In this document: one piece after another, positions 11,851 to 24,564 of the stretch
Numbering within the stretch: the first letter of the stretch is position 1
Layout: each line of letters opens with the position of its first letter
Notes under the pieces: generated by a model
Databases searched by the model: none
What the model was told of the DNA's origin: nothing
The model's input: the letters and a program-made list of their open reading frames with translations, nothing else
Program-made: the position numbers and the translations under genes
Assembly (NCBI RefSeq): GCF_001194135.2
Contig: NC_069005.1
Span: 12,374,482-12,438,481 of the forward strand
Origin: Octopus bimaculoides
Lineage: Eukaryota
Direction: 5' to 3'
DNA: 64,000 bases

Positions 11851-13442
11851 ATGATGTCAGCTCACAATACTATTCCAGAGGTCGCTATCGTCCATGATGA
11901 GACATAACACCCTATACAGACAGAACATGTGATTCACTAGTTTGCGTTTGACCTGTAAAAGCAGACATATGTATGTAGACTCTCCGTAAAATTCTGTTTC
12001 AACCAGCCATTTTAATTTCAATCTGACAATAAAGTTCAAGCGAGTTGAAGCTCCTGAAAGCAATGTAAATTATAAATTCATGAAATCGCGTGAGATTTAA
12101 AGTCAGTTGCCAACCAAATTTCAAAGTAGAGAAAAAATAATGACCCGCGTAAATTCTATATCATAAATCATTGTGTCATTAATTACACAACTCTTTAAAT
12201 TACTTCAATCAATCAATTGAAAATCGTGACAGTGTTTCCATTTGTGAAACTTGTCAACAACCACACTTGATTTCAGATTCAGTTTGATATCGATAAACTT
12301 TCTTTATTATATTTTAATGTTGGGAAGCGTAAAGGGAATTTTTACTGAAATACTCAACAAATAATACATAAATACATACATACTTAAATACATACGTACT
12401 TACATACATATATGTGTGTATGTATGTATGTATGTATGTATGTATGCATGTGTGTGTGTATGTATATGTATATGTATGTATGTATGTATGTATCTATGTA
12501 TAAAGGTGCTATGACATTAAAGATTGTTATATATTCACAGAATGTTAGTGGTGCTGAGTACTTAGTGCAAGAGCTTCATTAAACAGAAATGCAGTAGAAT
12601 AAAAACAAAATGCAAAGTTGACTGTTCTGAGAGATGAAAAGGCAAGGCTTTTAAATTAAGAATTACGCTTCGCAGCCAGACGTTATCTGCTTGTGTCCCA
12701 CACTGCATCAACTTACGCAAGTGTCCAAGTGTGTCCTATGTACCCAGCCCAACAAATGCCCTTGTGAGTAGATGAGAACCTAGTAGAAACCAGTCAAATA
12801 GCCACACACATATATGCACACAAATGTTCATAAATATGTGTGCGTGTCTGTATATATAATATATATATATATANNNNNNNNNNNNNNNNNNNNNNNNNNN
12901 NNNNNNNNNNNNNNNNNNNNNNNNNNNNNNNNNNNNNNNNNNNNNNNNNNNNNNNNNNNNNNNNNNNNNNNNNNNNNNNNNNNNNNNNNNNNNNNNNNNN
13001 NNNNNNNNNNNNNNNNNNNNNNNNNNNNNNNNNNNNNNNNNNNNNNNNNNNNNNNNNNNNNNNNNNNNNNNNNNNNNNNNNNNNNNNNNNNNNNNNNNNN
13101 NNNNNNNNNNNNNNNNNNNNNNNNNNNNNNNNNNNNNNNNNNNNNNNNNNNNNNNNNNNNNNNNNNNNNNNNNNNNNNNNNNNNNNNNNNNNNNNNNNNN
13201 NNNNNNNNNNNNNNNNNNNNNNNNNNNNNNNNNNNNNNNNNNNNNNNNNNNNNNNNNNNNNNNNNNNNNNNNNNNNNNNNNNNNNNNNNNNNNNNNNNNN
13301 NNNNNNNNNNNNNNNNNNNNNNNNNNNNNNNNNNNNNNNNNNNNNNNNNNNNNNNNNNNNNNNNNNNNNNNNNNNNNNNNNNNNNNNNNNNNNNNNNNNN
13401 NNNNNNNNCCAAGAACGAAAAGAAATAAAAGAAATAGCAGCC

Positions 13443-13513
<71 letters not shown>

Positions 13514-13573
13514 CTGTGTGATGTGTGAGTGCGTGTGTACGTACATATACATATATGTATGTTAATATATATA

Positions 13574-14491
13574 TTGGGTCATCCCATAAATAACGCGGTT
13601 TTTCAATTGCATGAACTAAAAGTCGGAAGGGGACGGGATGAACTACTTGCATTAACTTGCTATACAAGTTGGTATTAATCTTATCTTGTACTTGTTCTTA
13701 GTCCAAGTTTTGAAGAGTGCAGTTCAATTTTGACAGTTATTTTTTTCAAAGCTACAATGGAAGTGACAAAGGAGCATATTCGGCATATTTTGCTTTATGA
13801 GTTCAGCAAAGACAACAACGCAACGGAAAGTGCGAGGAATATTAATGCAATATATGGGGATCGGACAATAAGTGTAAGCCAGTGTCAACGGTGGTTCCAG
13901 AAATTCCGAGCCGGTAACTATAGCCTAGAAGATGAGCCTCATCCTGGAAGAACTGCAGAGCTCAATGATGACGTTCTGCACACCCTGGTGGAACAAAACT
14001 CCATCGTAATTTTTGAGGAACCAGCAGAGAAGCTTGGATTTAGTCGGTCAACTATTCACCGACGCCAACGCTAGGAGAAAAACGACTATCTTTAGTTTCA
14101 AGACGAAAGGTGTTCTATCAGGATAATGCTCGACCACATACAGCGAGGATGAAATTCCAAAGGTTAGGGCAGTTTGAATGGGAAGCGATGCCTCACCCAC
14201 CATATTCACCGGACATTGCCCCATCTGATTATCATTTATTCCGCAGTCTTCAAGAGCATCTGGATGGAAAGAATATGAATTCTGTAGACGATGTCAGAAC
14301 AGTACTGCAGGAGTATTTCTCGTCACGGACAAATGAATTTTGTATGAGGGTCCTTGCAAGTCTACCAGATAGATTGAAGAGTGTTGTAGAAAATGAAGGA
14401 GAGTATATTTTAGATTATAAAATAACTTTATCTTACTATTGAAAAATAAAAGGAGTATAAAAATAACTACATTATTTACGAGATGAACCAG
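13574..14491 (+). mobile_element. Mariner transposon, internally deleted
   Basis: TIR TTGGGTCATCCCATAAATAA / TTATTTACGAGATGAACCAG with flanking TA. HTH region MEVTKEHIRHILLYEF..WFQKFRAGNYSLEDEP and catalytic part QDNARPH..HPPYSPDIAPSDYHLF are present. The WVPH..TGDEKW segment is missing (918 bp versus the usual ~1.3 kb). Confidence 0.95.
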
Positions 14492-14999
14492 TATATGTGT
14501 GTGTGTATATGTGTGTGTGTATATGTGTCTGTGTATATGTGTGTGTGTGTTTGTGTGTGTTTCTGCGTGTGCGTGAAAGAGAGGGAGGGAGAAAGAGAGT
14601 TTTGAGGGATTCATTTCCTGGGTGGATTCTGTGGTGGCTCTTAGCCATGTCCAAGATTACGTCTGTGACAACTATTAGTTGTCAATCACTCTGGGTATCC
14701 TTCCGATGGGAAATTGTGTGTTCGCTTCGCTGGAGGGTAATATTGTTTGGGGTATATATTTTGCAATGATAAAAAGGATATGGTGTATGGAGATTTGTTC
14801 ATTCTCAAAATTCATTTCTCTTATTTTACAAGCTGTGCATTTGAAACGCGTGTAGAAAAGAAAGAGCATAGGAACATGCTGTATAAAATTGTAAAATAAG
14901 AGAAAAAAATTTTGAGGATGAGCAAGTCTCCATACTCTGTATCTTTATAAATATATTTAAACTAACCTTAATATACCGAGGACATTTTCACGCTCATAA

Positions 15000-16045
15000 T
15001 TATTGAAGTGAAGAATTGAAAAGAACGCAATGATCAGCAGAAAGGAGTTGCAAGAAGATTTGTTAGCTTCAGGGACCAGTGTTACACTATGAACAATCAG
15101 CAATGAACTTTATAGGAATGAAATGAATTCATGCTCTCCTAGAAAAACTCCACTGTTGACTAAAAGGCATAGAGATGCCCGTTTGAAATGTGTTTATGAA
15201 CATAGAGATAAATCTGATACATTCTAGAAAAATGTTCTTTGGACAGACGAGTCGAAAATTGAATTGTTTGGACGAAATTCGCATAGCCATGTTTGGAGGA
15301 AAGATGGTACCACCTATTCGCCGAAAAACACAATTCCTACTGTAAAGTTTAAAGGTGGCAACATCATTGTGTAGGGGTGTTTCTCTGCAAATGACACTGG
15401 CAATTTACATGTGATAGATGGTAGAATGAATGCAGAGATGTACCAAAATATTTTGAACAATAATTTATGGGACTCTATAGAAAAGCTCCAGCTTTGTGAA
15501 GGGTGGGTTTTACAACAGGATAATGACCCTAAGCACATTGTGAAGTCTACCAAAAATGGATTGTCAATCACAATATAAAATTATTAGAATGGCCAAGCCA
15601 GTCACCTGACTTGAACCCTATTGAAAATTTCTGGCGTTATTTTAGAATTAAAATTCATTCAAGAGCCCCAATGTGCATTCCAGATTTGAAGAAAATTTGT
15701 CAAGAAGAATGGGAAAAAATTTCTAAAGAAACATGCTCATTGATTAAGTCATTGATTAAGAACTACAAGAAAAAATTGGTTGAAGTGGAACTGAATAATG
15801 GTTATGCTACGAAGTATTAGATCAGAATTATCAGTTATTTATGTTCTGTACGAATACTTTTTTCACCCCTAAATATTTATATTTGTATATAATTTCGTTA
15901 GTTACTATAATTTATTAGTTTCTTTTGCATATTCTTAGGTTATGTATGTGTATGCAAATATAGTATTGGTATATCCCATTTATGTTCATTAGAAATTAAA
16001 TAAATAAAGAATTGTGACCTGTACGAATATTTATTTTCCCCACTG
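15000..16045 (+). mobile_element. 5'-truncated Tc1 (DD34E) transposon pseudogene with intact right TIR
   Basis: RKTPLLTKRHRDARLK, VLWTDESKIELFG, LQQDNDPKH and WPSQSPDLNPIENFW with stops and frameshifts; right end TATTTATTTTCCCCACTG|TA. Confidence 0.95.
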
Positions 16046-16261
16046 TATGTATGGAAGTATGTATGCATGTAAGCATGTATGTATGTATGAATGTATGTAT
16101 GTATGTATGTATGTATGTATGCATGTATGTGTGTAAGTAGGTAGATAAGTAGGTATACATATTTTTTCCATTTTCGTACAACTACTTATATTTTATTACG
16201 CGCTTCGTAAGCATTGACTAACACATCCATCTATCTATATCTATATATATATATATATGTA

Positions 16262-16755
16262 AATAATATGTGACAATTATTCGGTAGCCATGATAAAACT
16301 CCGAGTTTCGGATTTCGGGGCGGAAACCCACGCCGCCATCACTTCAGTTATCTGGCCGTAGAAAAAATTCTCTAGTAGGTCTGCTTCGAAGTCTCCCAAG
16401 CCTTTCATTTTTGGAGGGAATATCTTAGATTTAATACCACAGAATATATTCTTTGTAATGTCCTCTTCTATGTTGTAAAAGAAAGCTTTCCATCTCATGC
16501 GCTTAATGAGGTCTGTAATTTTCTCCAAGAGTTTCTTAGAGTATAGTTCCCTTGATGGTTTTGGTATGTTTTTCATAGAATAATCGATGTAGTAGGCGTC
16601 CATATTGAATTCTTCTGCGGGGAAGAGTCCTCAACCGATTTCTGGCGATTTTCCAAAATAAGCTGTATTAGCCCTTACGGAAAAATAGCAGTGTACGGGA
16701 GGTAATTTACACCAGAATTAAAAATCCGTAACAGATGTTCAGTGAATATCTCTAT
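16262..16755 (-). mobile_element. Mini Penelope-like element: ORF N-terminus joined to a hammerhead-like motif
   Basis: YSMKNIPKPSRELYSKKLLEKITDLIKRMRWKAFF..GIKSKIFPPKMKGLGDFEADL resembles PLE (Naiad-type, from memory) N-termini. The hammerhead fold follows, and both flanks are microsatellites. Confidence 0.75.
16286..16357 (-). ncRNA. Type I hammerhead ribozyme-like motif (degenerate core)
   Basis: Minus strand: GGCCA-GATAA|CTGAAGT|GAT-GGCGG..CCGCC-CC|GAAA|TCCGA-AAC-TCGGA|GTT|TTATC-A-TGGCT. All three stems pair. The core deviates from CUGANGA (A9 to U) and lacks C15.2. Confidence 0.65.
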
Positions 16756-16790
16756 AGAATACACATACATACATACATACATACATACAT

Positions 16791-17180
16791 TGTTGTTGCT
16801 GTTGGCACTCCGTCACTTACGACGTCGCGGGTTCCAGTCGATCCGATCAACGGAATAGCCTGCTCGTGAAATTAACGTGCAAGTGGCTGAGCACTCCACA
16901 GACACGTGTAACCTTAACGTAGTTCTCGGGGATATTCAGCGTGACACAGTGTGACAAGGCTGGTCCTTTGAATTACAGGCACAACAGAAACAGGAAGTAA
17001 GAGTGTGAGTAAGTTGTAGTGAAATAGTACAGCAGGGTTCGCCACTATCTCCCGCCAGAGCCTCGTGGAACTTTAGGTGTTTTCGCTCAATAAACACTCA
17101 CAACGCCAGGTCTGGGAATCGAAACCGCGATCCTAAGACCGCGAGTCCGCTGCCCTAACCACTGGGCCATTGCGCCTCCA
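16791..17180 (-). mobile_element. Full-length tRNA-derived SINE family D with (CAA)n tail, inserted in (TACA)n
   Basis: Minus strand starts TGGAGGCGCAATGGCCCAGTGGTTAGG (A box) ..GGTTTCGATTCCC (B box) and ends GACGGAGTGCCAACAGCAACAACAA. Confidence 0.9.
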
Positions 17181-17206
17181 CATACATAGATACATACATA
17201 CATACA

Positions 17207-17240
<34 letters not shown>

Positions 17241-17435
17241 AATACATACATACATCCGTGCTTTCATCTGCTGATATGAATGTCTTCGAAAATATGAGAG
17301 AAAACGGATAAGTACGAATAAGGGAGGATACTATTTAGAAAAATGCGTAGTTGTTTTTGCATAAATACATTGAAAAATTAGAGTGCGTATAATATATGTT
17401 TCCCCTTCGTATATAGTATACATGAATAAACACAG

Positions 17436-17470
<35 letters not shown>

Positions 17471-17869
17471 TGCATGTAAATTTCCATAACTTGTTTCAGT
17501 GAAAAACTTTTTCCTTATTTATTTTATTGATCTGCAAAAATTTGTCAGTACGACGATTGATCGGTTGTCTTAGATGTATTTTACGTTCTGAGACTTCAGA
17601 GCATTGCGTAATCGATTGAATCTAGCACAGTAGTATAGGCATGACACTTATTTCATTAACCCATGAAAGCAGAGATATAATGATTTAATCTTGATGGTAT
17701 TTAAATACACATTTACTATACACAAACCTGAGAGTATTAATAAATTGTCCACTGTTTAACTTATAATTCTACTTCTTTTATAGATACTTGTGTTTGCTAT
17801 ATAACCATCATAGTATATAATATCTGTACTCAGTGACCAACAACAGGATGTTGAATGTTAATTATACAA

Positions 17870-18724
17870 AGCCGCAGTTGAGGTTGTGTAGTAATAAGCT
17901 TACTTTCTAACCACGTTGTTCTGGGTTCAGTCCAGTTGCGTGGCACATTCTTCAAGTATTTTCTACTATAGCCTTGGGACGACCAAAGCCTTGTGAATAG
18001 ATTTGGTAGACGGAGAGGATAAATACGTACTCTCATTCGGTTGTATATTTTTGGAAGTACTGGTTAAATATCAGTTATGCAATGACGCTTGATCGCGTAC
18101 ATGTTTAATTCTAGCACCCTCAAATTTATATTTGGAATGTTACACTGAAGATGTGAAATAAGTAAGTAAATAAATCTTTACTTTAATCCCGAAACACGTA
18201 TGTGGCTAATCTAGGTCGTGTGGATTCGTTACTTTTACTCGTTGCCTACGTAAAAAAACGTGCTACGGTCTGGGAGATATTTATGGTAGTGGAAAAAGTA
18301 TTTTAACTGCTATTTCTAAATTCGGTGATTGGTGAAGCAATGAACTGACGCTCGATTATAGTTGTGCTTATAATTATAGAATATTTGTATAACGTTACCA
18401 TAAAGGGTTATTTTAACGTACTGTACTACTTGGTAAAATTATTGATTATTAATTAATTAATTGATTAATTAATTAATTTAACCCTTTATTTAATATATAT
18501 ATATATANNNNNNNNNNNNNNNNNNNNNNNNNNNNNNNNNNNNNNNNNNNNNNNNNNNNNNNNNNNNNNNNNNNNNNNNNNNNNNNNNNNNNNNNNNNNN
18601 NNNNNNNNNNNNNNNNNNNNNNNNNNNNNNNNNNNNNNNNNNNNNNNNNNNNNNNNNNNNNNNNNNNNNNNNNNNNNNNNNNNNNNNNNNNNNNNNNNNN
18701 NNNNNNNNNNNNNNNNNNNNNNNN

Positions 18725-18770
<46 letters not shown>

Positions 18771-19012
18771 CATGTATGTATATTTATGTATGCATGTGTG
18801 TGTGTGTTTCTATATGTTTCCCAGACACACATTGCTTTCCAACCGGTGTTAATATGTTAGCATCCCGTAACTTAGCAGTTCGGTAAAATAGACCAATAGA
18901 AAAAGTATCACGCTTAAAAAAATAAATATTGGGGTCGAGTTATTCGACTAAAAAAATCATGGTGGTGCCCCAACATGGCCGCCATCTAATGACTGAGACA
19001 AGTAAAAGGTAA
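17870..19012 (+). mobile_element. SINE family B with a ~460-bp insertion (about 18030-18490) and an N gap in its internal microsatellite
   Basis: Head 17870-18025 and 3' domain 18835-19012 match 24565-25050. Confidence 0.8.
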
Positions 19013-19034
19013 ATAGTGTAAACTTCATGTTAAT

Positions 19035-19260
19035 ACTATATAGGGCTGGTTTTCCAGTTTCCATTACGTGATCACAACAGCAGCCCCCGGACGGAACGCC
19101 AGTCCATCGCAGAGTTACTTTTTTTTACAGTTGACTGGAAGGTGAAACGAAGTGTTATAGTCAAGAAAATATTTCACCGCCTGGTCAAGTAATCGAGACT
19201 ACGATTTTATGATCATGAGCGCAATACCTTAAATAGTATGCCGTGCGCCTTCACAAACAT
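19035..19260 (-). mobile_element. Degenerate tRNA-derived SINE
   Basis: Contains CCCCGGACGGAACGCCAGTCCATCGCAG and a reverse tRNA-like head near 19190-19255. Confidence 0.5.
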
Positions 19261-19749
19261 CAGGACAACTGTAGACTATATATTTTCTGTATATATTTCA
19301 TGCCCATGAGAAAGGTTTATGAAGGTAATCATAATCGATTTCAGACAGGCTTAAAGTCAATCCTAGTATTCATAATGAGAAATTAGTTTTTCTCTCACAA
19401 ACTTCGGCACAGAAATTGTCTGAGCGATGCCTTTGGCTGTCCCTTTGGCTGTCCATGTTCTGTAAGGATTAAACTTCACCAATCACCCGATTTCATTAAC
19501 ATCATCACTTCAGGTATGTTCAGCGGAAAGCGCTTTACTTCAGACATTCGAAATGTGGATTCCATTTGTGACTAATTCGAAAGTTTCACTTGCAGCTTCC
19601 ATCCAACTCAGGAAATCCTTTTTTCTTTCGTTCTGCTTTTTCTGGCACCAATTTCGTAGCCACTGCACATGCGTTATGTTTCGCCGTTTTTTTTACGTCT
19701 GTTATAAACGACTACCCGTTGCCTCCCAACAGGATATTTCCAGAGACAT

Positions 19750-20420
19750 TCCCACTGCGTGACACTTTGGACAAGTGTCTTCTACTACAGCTCCGAGCCA
19801 AGTAAAACCTTCAGAGTATAGTGGATTTGGTTCACGGAAACTGATGGTAACCCACTGTATATATGTATANNNNNNNNNNNNNNNNNNNNNNNNNNNNNNN
19901 NNNNNNNNNNNNNNNNNNNNNNNNNNNNNNNNNNNNNNNNNNNNNNNNNNNNNNNNNNNNNNNNNNNNNNNNNNNNNNNNNNNNNNNNNNNNNNNNNNNN
20001 NNNNNNNNNNNNNNNNNNNNNNNNNNNNNNNNNNNNNNNNNNNNNNNNNNNNNNNNNNNNNNNNNNNNNNNNNNNNNNNNNNNNNNNNNNNNNNNNNNNN
20101 NNNNNNNNNNNNNNNNNNNNNNNNNNNNNNNNNNNNNNNNNNTACACACGACGGGTATACACACACACACACACACGCGCGCGCATCTATGTGTGCGGAT
20201 ATAATTATTTCTGTGTTTGTTCCTCACCACCGATTGATAATCAGTGCTAGTTTGTCTACTTCTTAACTTAGAGTTCCAGCCCAGCAGAAGAGACTAATAG
20301 AATAAGTATTAGGCTTTAAAACAGAAGTTCTAGGGTCGATTTGTTCGACTAAAAACTCTTCGAAACACTACCCCAGCATAACTGCAGTCGAATGACTGAA
20401 ACCAGTAGAAGAAAAGATCG
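19750..20420 (+). mobile_element. 5'-truncated SINE family B spanning an N gap
   Basis: CORE-like ACTTTGGACAAGTGTCTTCTAC and 3' domain ..GACTAATAGAATAAGTA..GTCGATTTGTTCGACTAA. Confidence 0.8.
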
Positions 20421-21725
20421 ATCAAGCGAGCAATTTCTCTGCGAAAATCTGGTCCACTAATTTAGGTTACCGTGAAATTACAAAAAGAAATCATACTGCA
20501 AAGCGATAGGAAATCTACAAAACTAACAAATTGCATGAGAATGCAACAGGTCAACAACCTAATTTCCTAGTATGAAATTGACCCGTATAATCCCTACAAC
20601 ACGAACTATTCAAGTATTAATTACAGAGCTTTGTAAACTTGCTCCAATAAATCTATAATATACCATGACAAAATCTCTATATGTATAACGTACGAGCAGA
20701 ACACGATTGAAAATTCAGTTTTATCTCTAAAAACTCTTGTTTAATTATCTTTTTATGATAGTCATACCACCCAAGGGAATATGAATGAACATATCCATTG
20801 AATTCAATGGAAAAATAAATGAAAAGACCTTGCCTATAAATTTAACTACTTGTAAATCATAAGGAGAGAGAATTTTCCTCTTTTTTTAATTTTGGAGTGG
20901 GAGTTACGCAGATATTATACAGACGGTCTTGATTGGATTGAAATGCAACAAGACTTGTGTGAGATTACAACAGTCATCTATTAATTAAGTACACACGCTA
21001 TCGCTTCTAACGATTCAATAGTGATTGTGGTATATAAGTGCCTCTCTACGTCTCTATGTATCCTCATCAATACGTGCTTGCAAACGTATGCAAATACATG
21101 TATATGTGTGTGCGCGCATCTTTCTTTGAGTGTGTGTGTGTATGTGCGTGTGTGTTTTAGTGTATGTTTAGAAATACCAGTATGAAGAGATTCGCTGGTT
21201 ACTTACAGTGTTTTGATTAGTTATTATATTTTCCATAGTAATCCGAATGCAAACCTCAGCTGTACTATTCTATTACAGGGAAAATCGTCATTATATCGCA
21301 GGAAATTATTAGCGGCATTTCGTCCATGTGTATGTGTGTGTGAATGTGTTCGTGTGTGTGTGTATGAATGTGTGCGTGTGTGTGTGTGTGTGTTTGTGCA
21401 TATTTTGGATTAGTTATTGGGCTCATTAGAATCTAGATATATCAAAACGTAAGACACCAGCATGGCTAGGTACCTAGTATTGAGCACACAGTAAGGTAAA
21501 ATAACATTTAGCTGTCAGCATTATAGTGTATGCATATACACGCACACATAATACATGCATAAACATACACATACACACTCACATACACACACACTCATAT
21601 ATACATATACATGCACATATACATGCACATAAGAATATACACATAGGTACCAACTCCAAAATAAACCGTTGGTCCGACACAATGTTAGTTCCAAGTGTGG
21701 CGTATGTATACAGAAAAACACAACT

Positions 21726-21937
21726 GGGGGGTTCAAAATTCACAACAGCTGTTTCGTGATGCATTCATAGATTCCATCGTAGCAAAATCACATGATGATC
21801 GGGTAACGGGTTAGCTTATGGTCTTACCTAGCATGTGTATGTGCTTAAAATTTACTGGCAGGTTTCTGTTATAATGTAATTTAAGAATGCATCGAAAAAG
21901 CGTTACCGAAACAGCTGTCGGGAATTTTGAGCCCCAC
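21726..21937. mobile_element. ~210-bp MITE-like element
   Basis: GGGGTTCAAAATTCACAACAGCTGTTTC versus reverse complement GGGGCTCAAAATTCCCGACAGCTGTTTC (25/28), extending inward via GATGCATT. No clear TSD. Confidence 0.65.
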
Positions 21938-22955
21938 TTATTTTCTTGATTATATATCCATACACATATACAGTTACACACACTCACTTACACACATATA
22001 TATGGTGGTTGTCTTCACCTTATGCAGAGTTCGACAACCTCCTGTACCCACTCCTTAGAACCATCATGGCATCTGACGTGGATTTTCAAACCAATCTTTC
22101 GGAAAAGACACCCACATAGATTGCATATCCGATTTGGGCCACCAAGCGCTGCAGTTAAATACCGATCATTGTGGATCTTAAAATACAAACATGCATATAA
22201 TTTCAGAATTCAAATAAATTATCATTACCGATAACAAAAATGATAATAAAGTCGTCAGTGAGCATAACCAAAATAGGCATAATATATATTATTAAAAGTC
22301 GGGGTACAATATGCATCTAAAATGAAGAGTTGAAACTCTCCAAAGCGACGCATCTCTCATTATATGTAAACACGCACGGAGAATGCACCAATTGTACTAA
22401 AATAAAACAGTCCTCCTCATTTGTAAAACCACAAGGTGAAGAGTAGATATCCTAGTATCAATTGATATCATTTCCAGTGCCTAATGGCACTTGAAGCTTA
22501 TCAGTTAGGCATACTACGTAAATTATTTTAAAATAGAGAGCAAGTATAAATTCAAAATTCAAATAAGTTATCATTATCTTTAAACAGCAAACAACCAAAA
22601 ACAGGCAATATATATATTATTAAAAGTGAGGGTACAACATGCACCTGTTTGTTAGAAAGAGGAGAGTATATATCGCAGTATCAATTGATTTCATATTTAA
22701 CATACATCTACCATTCCGTTTTCGAAGTTGCAGGGCCTTCAGCTGAACAGAGAGAATAATATACAAACACAATATCAATTAAATATCAAACATGGTACAT
22801 AAGTACTGGCCGAATGATATTATTGCCGTGTATGTAGACAGTTACGCCCAGCTGGGTGAAGAAATCCGCTCTTAGCTATTCAAACATGTATTTTATATTA
22901 AACATACTGTCCATAATATTTACGAAGGTAGATTTTGAGATAGGCGAATAAACTA

Positions 22956-24483
22956 TAAACAAGTAACAGAAAGGTACAGGTGTCAATCCAATACGACCGT
23001 TTCCAACGACTCCTTCAATTGATTAATGAAAACATTATATCTTTGTAAAGAAAACGTTTTCGTGACAATGAAGTCATGTACTTCAAAATAAAGGACATTC
23101 AGAGTGATTTAACATAGTTTAAAATCCACGGAGCAAAAACATTTACCTTAATTCTGCAACTATTTCAGTTAGCAGAATGGATTTAGCAGAATAGTGTATA
23201 TTTGGTCAGAACGGAGATATTTGGGGGTTAGTAGGGTTTATAGGAGGGGAAAGGATAATTGACTCCAGTGACCCAGTTATCTATACTTCTAACAGAACAG
23301 GAAGGCACGGCTCCAGTAGTCTACATTTATTTATTAAGAAGTTGTTTAATGTTTACTGCGGGACTCCTACAATTTAGCATTGTGATATTAAAATAGCAAT
23401 AAGAGAAATTAGACATTAAATATGGGTAAAAAAAATTAGATTGTACGTAAAATTGTAAGTAAAATAGATGCATTAAGATTTAAGAATAATAAAAGAATTA
23501 AAATTTAAAGAAATATAGTGAATATAAATAATATGAAGAGATATAAAATTTATAAAAGAGATGCCAATAAAATAAAAAGTAAAAAGTTATTTGAACATAC
23601 GCCTCAAATATGGGAGGATAATGATAAGTCACATTAAAAATTAGGTATTAAATATAAGGTAAGTCATTTCTTATATCTTAATGCATCTCTTTTTCTTATA
23701 ATTTTAAGTACAATCTAACTTTTTACCCATATTCAATTTCTAATGTATCTTACTGCTATAATATTGCCACTATACTAAATTATAGGAGTCCCTTTTATTC
23801 CCAAACAATGATTCCTATTCCTAATTTAGGGCTTGCTCACATTACCCTTATTCCATTATCTTTCAAACTCTTCCTTTACTAATACGGTAATTAATAACGG
23901 TTGGGTAAGCTTTCGCTCTTTCTTCTTTCGCCTTACCATCCCTTCGCCATCCCGCATTTCCTTACTACTGCCCTTTGCCTGGCCCATTTGCGGAGATAAA
24001 ACCTGTATATTAATTCCATCACGTACAACCTTCATAATTTAGTAGGTTGACCTGACTGCAATTCATTTTCTTACCACTGACCAGTAAGCATTAAACAACT
24101 TCTTAATAAATAAATGTAGACTACTGGAGCCGTGCCTTCCTGCCTTGTTAGAAGTATAGATAACTGGGCCACTGGAGTCAATTATCCTTTCTCCTCCTAT
24201 AAACTCTGCTAACCCCAACATTTCTCTGTTCTGACCAAATATACACTATTCTGCTAAATCCATTCTGCTAACTGAAATAGTTGCAGAATTAATGCAAATG
24301 TTTTTGCTCCGTGGATTTTAAACTATGTTAAACCACGCTGAATGTCCTTTATTTTGAAGTTCATGAATTCATGTGACGAAAACACTTTCTTTACAAAGAG
24401 GTAATGGTTTCATTAATCAATTAAAGGAGTCGTTGGAAACGGTCGTAATGGCTTGACACCTGTACCTTTCTGTTACTCATTTA
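22956..24483. mobile_element. 1.5-kb element with ~400-bp terminal inverted repeats and a nested 433-bp foldback
   Basis: 22956-23358 is the reverse complement of 24082-24483 (my estimate ~90% identical). Inner arms 23360-23487 and 23666-23792 begin GGGACTCCTA and end TAGGAGTCCC. Confidence 0.85.
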
Positions 24484-24564
24484 CACACACACACACACAC
24501 ATACACACATATATATATATATATACATACATAATACATAAATACAGACAGACAGACAGACAGA

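Noticed and set aside
22700-22745. - strand micro-exon candidate containing a PCNFENGM (MAM-like) reading
   Set aside because: That frame has an in-frame TGA just after the best acceptor, and the match is too short to be meaningful.
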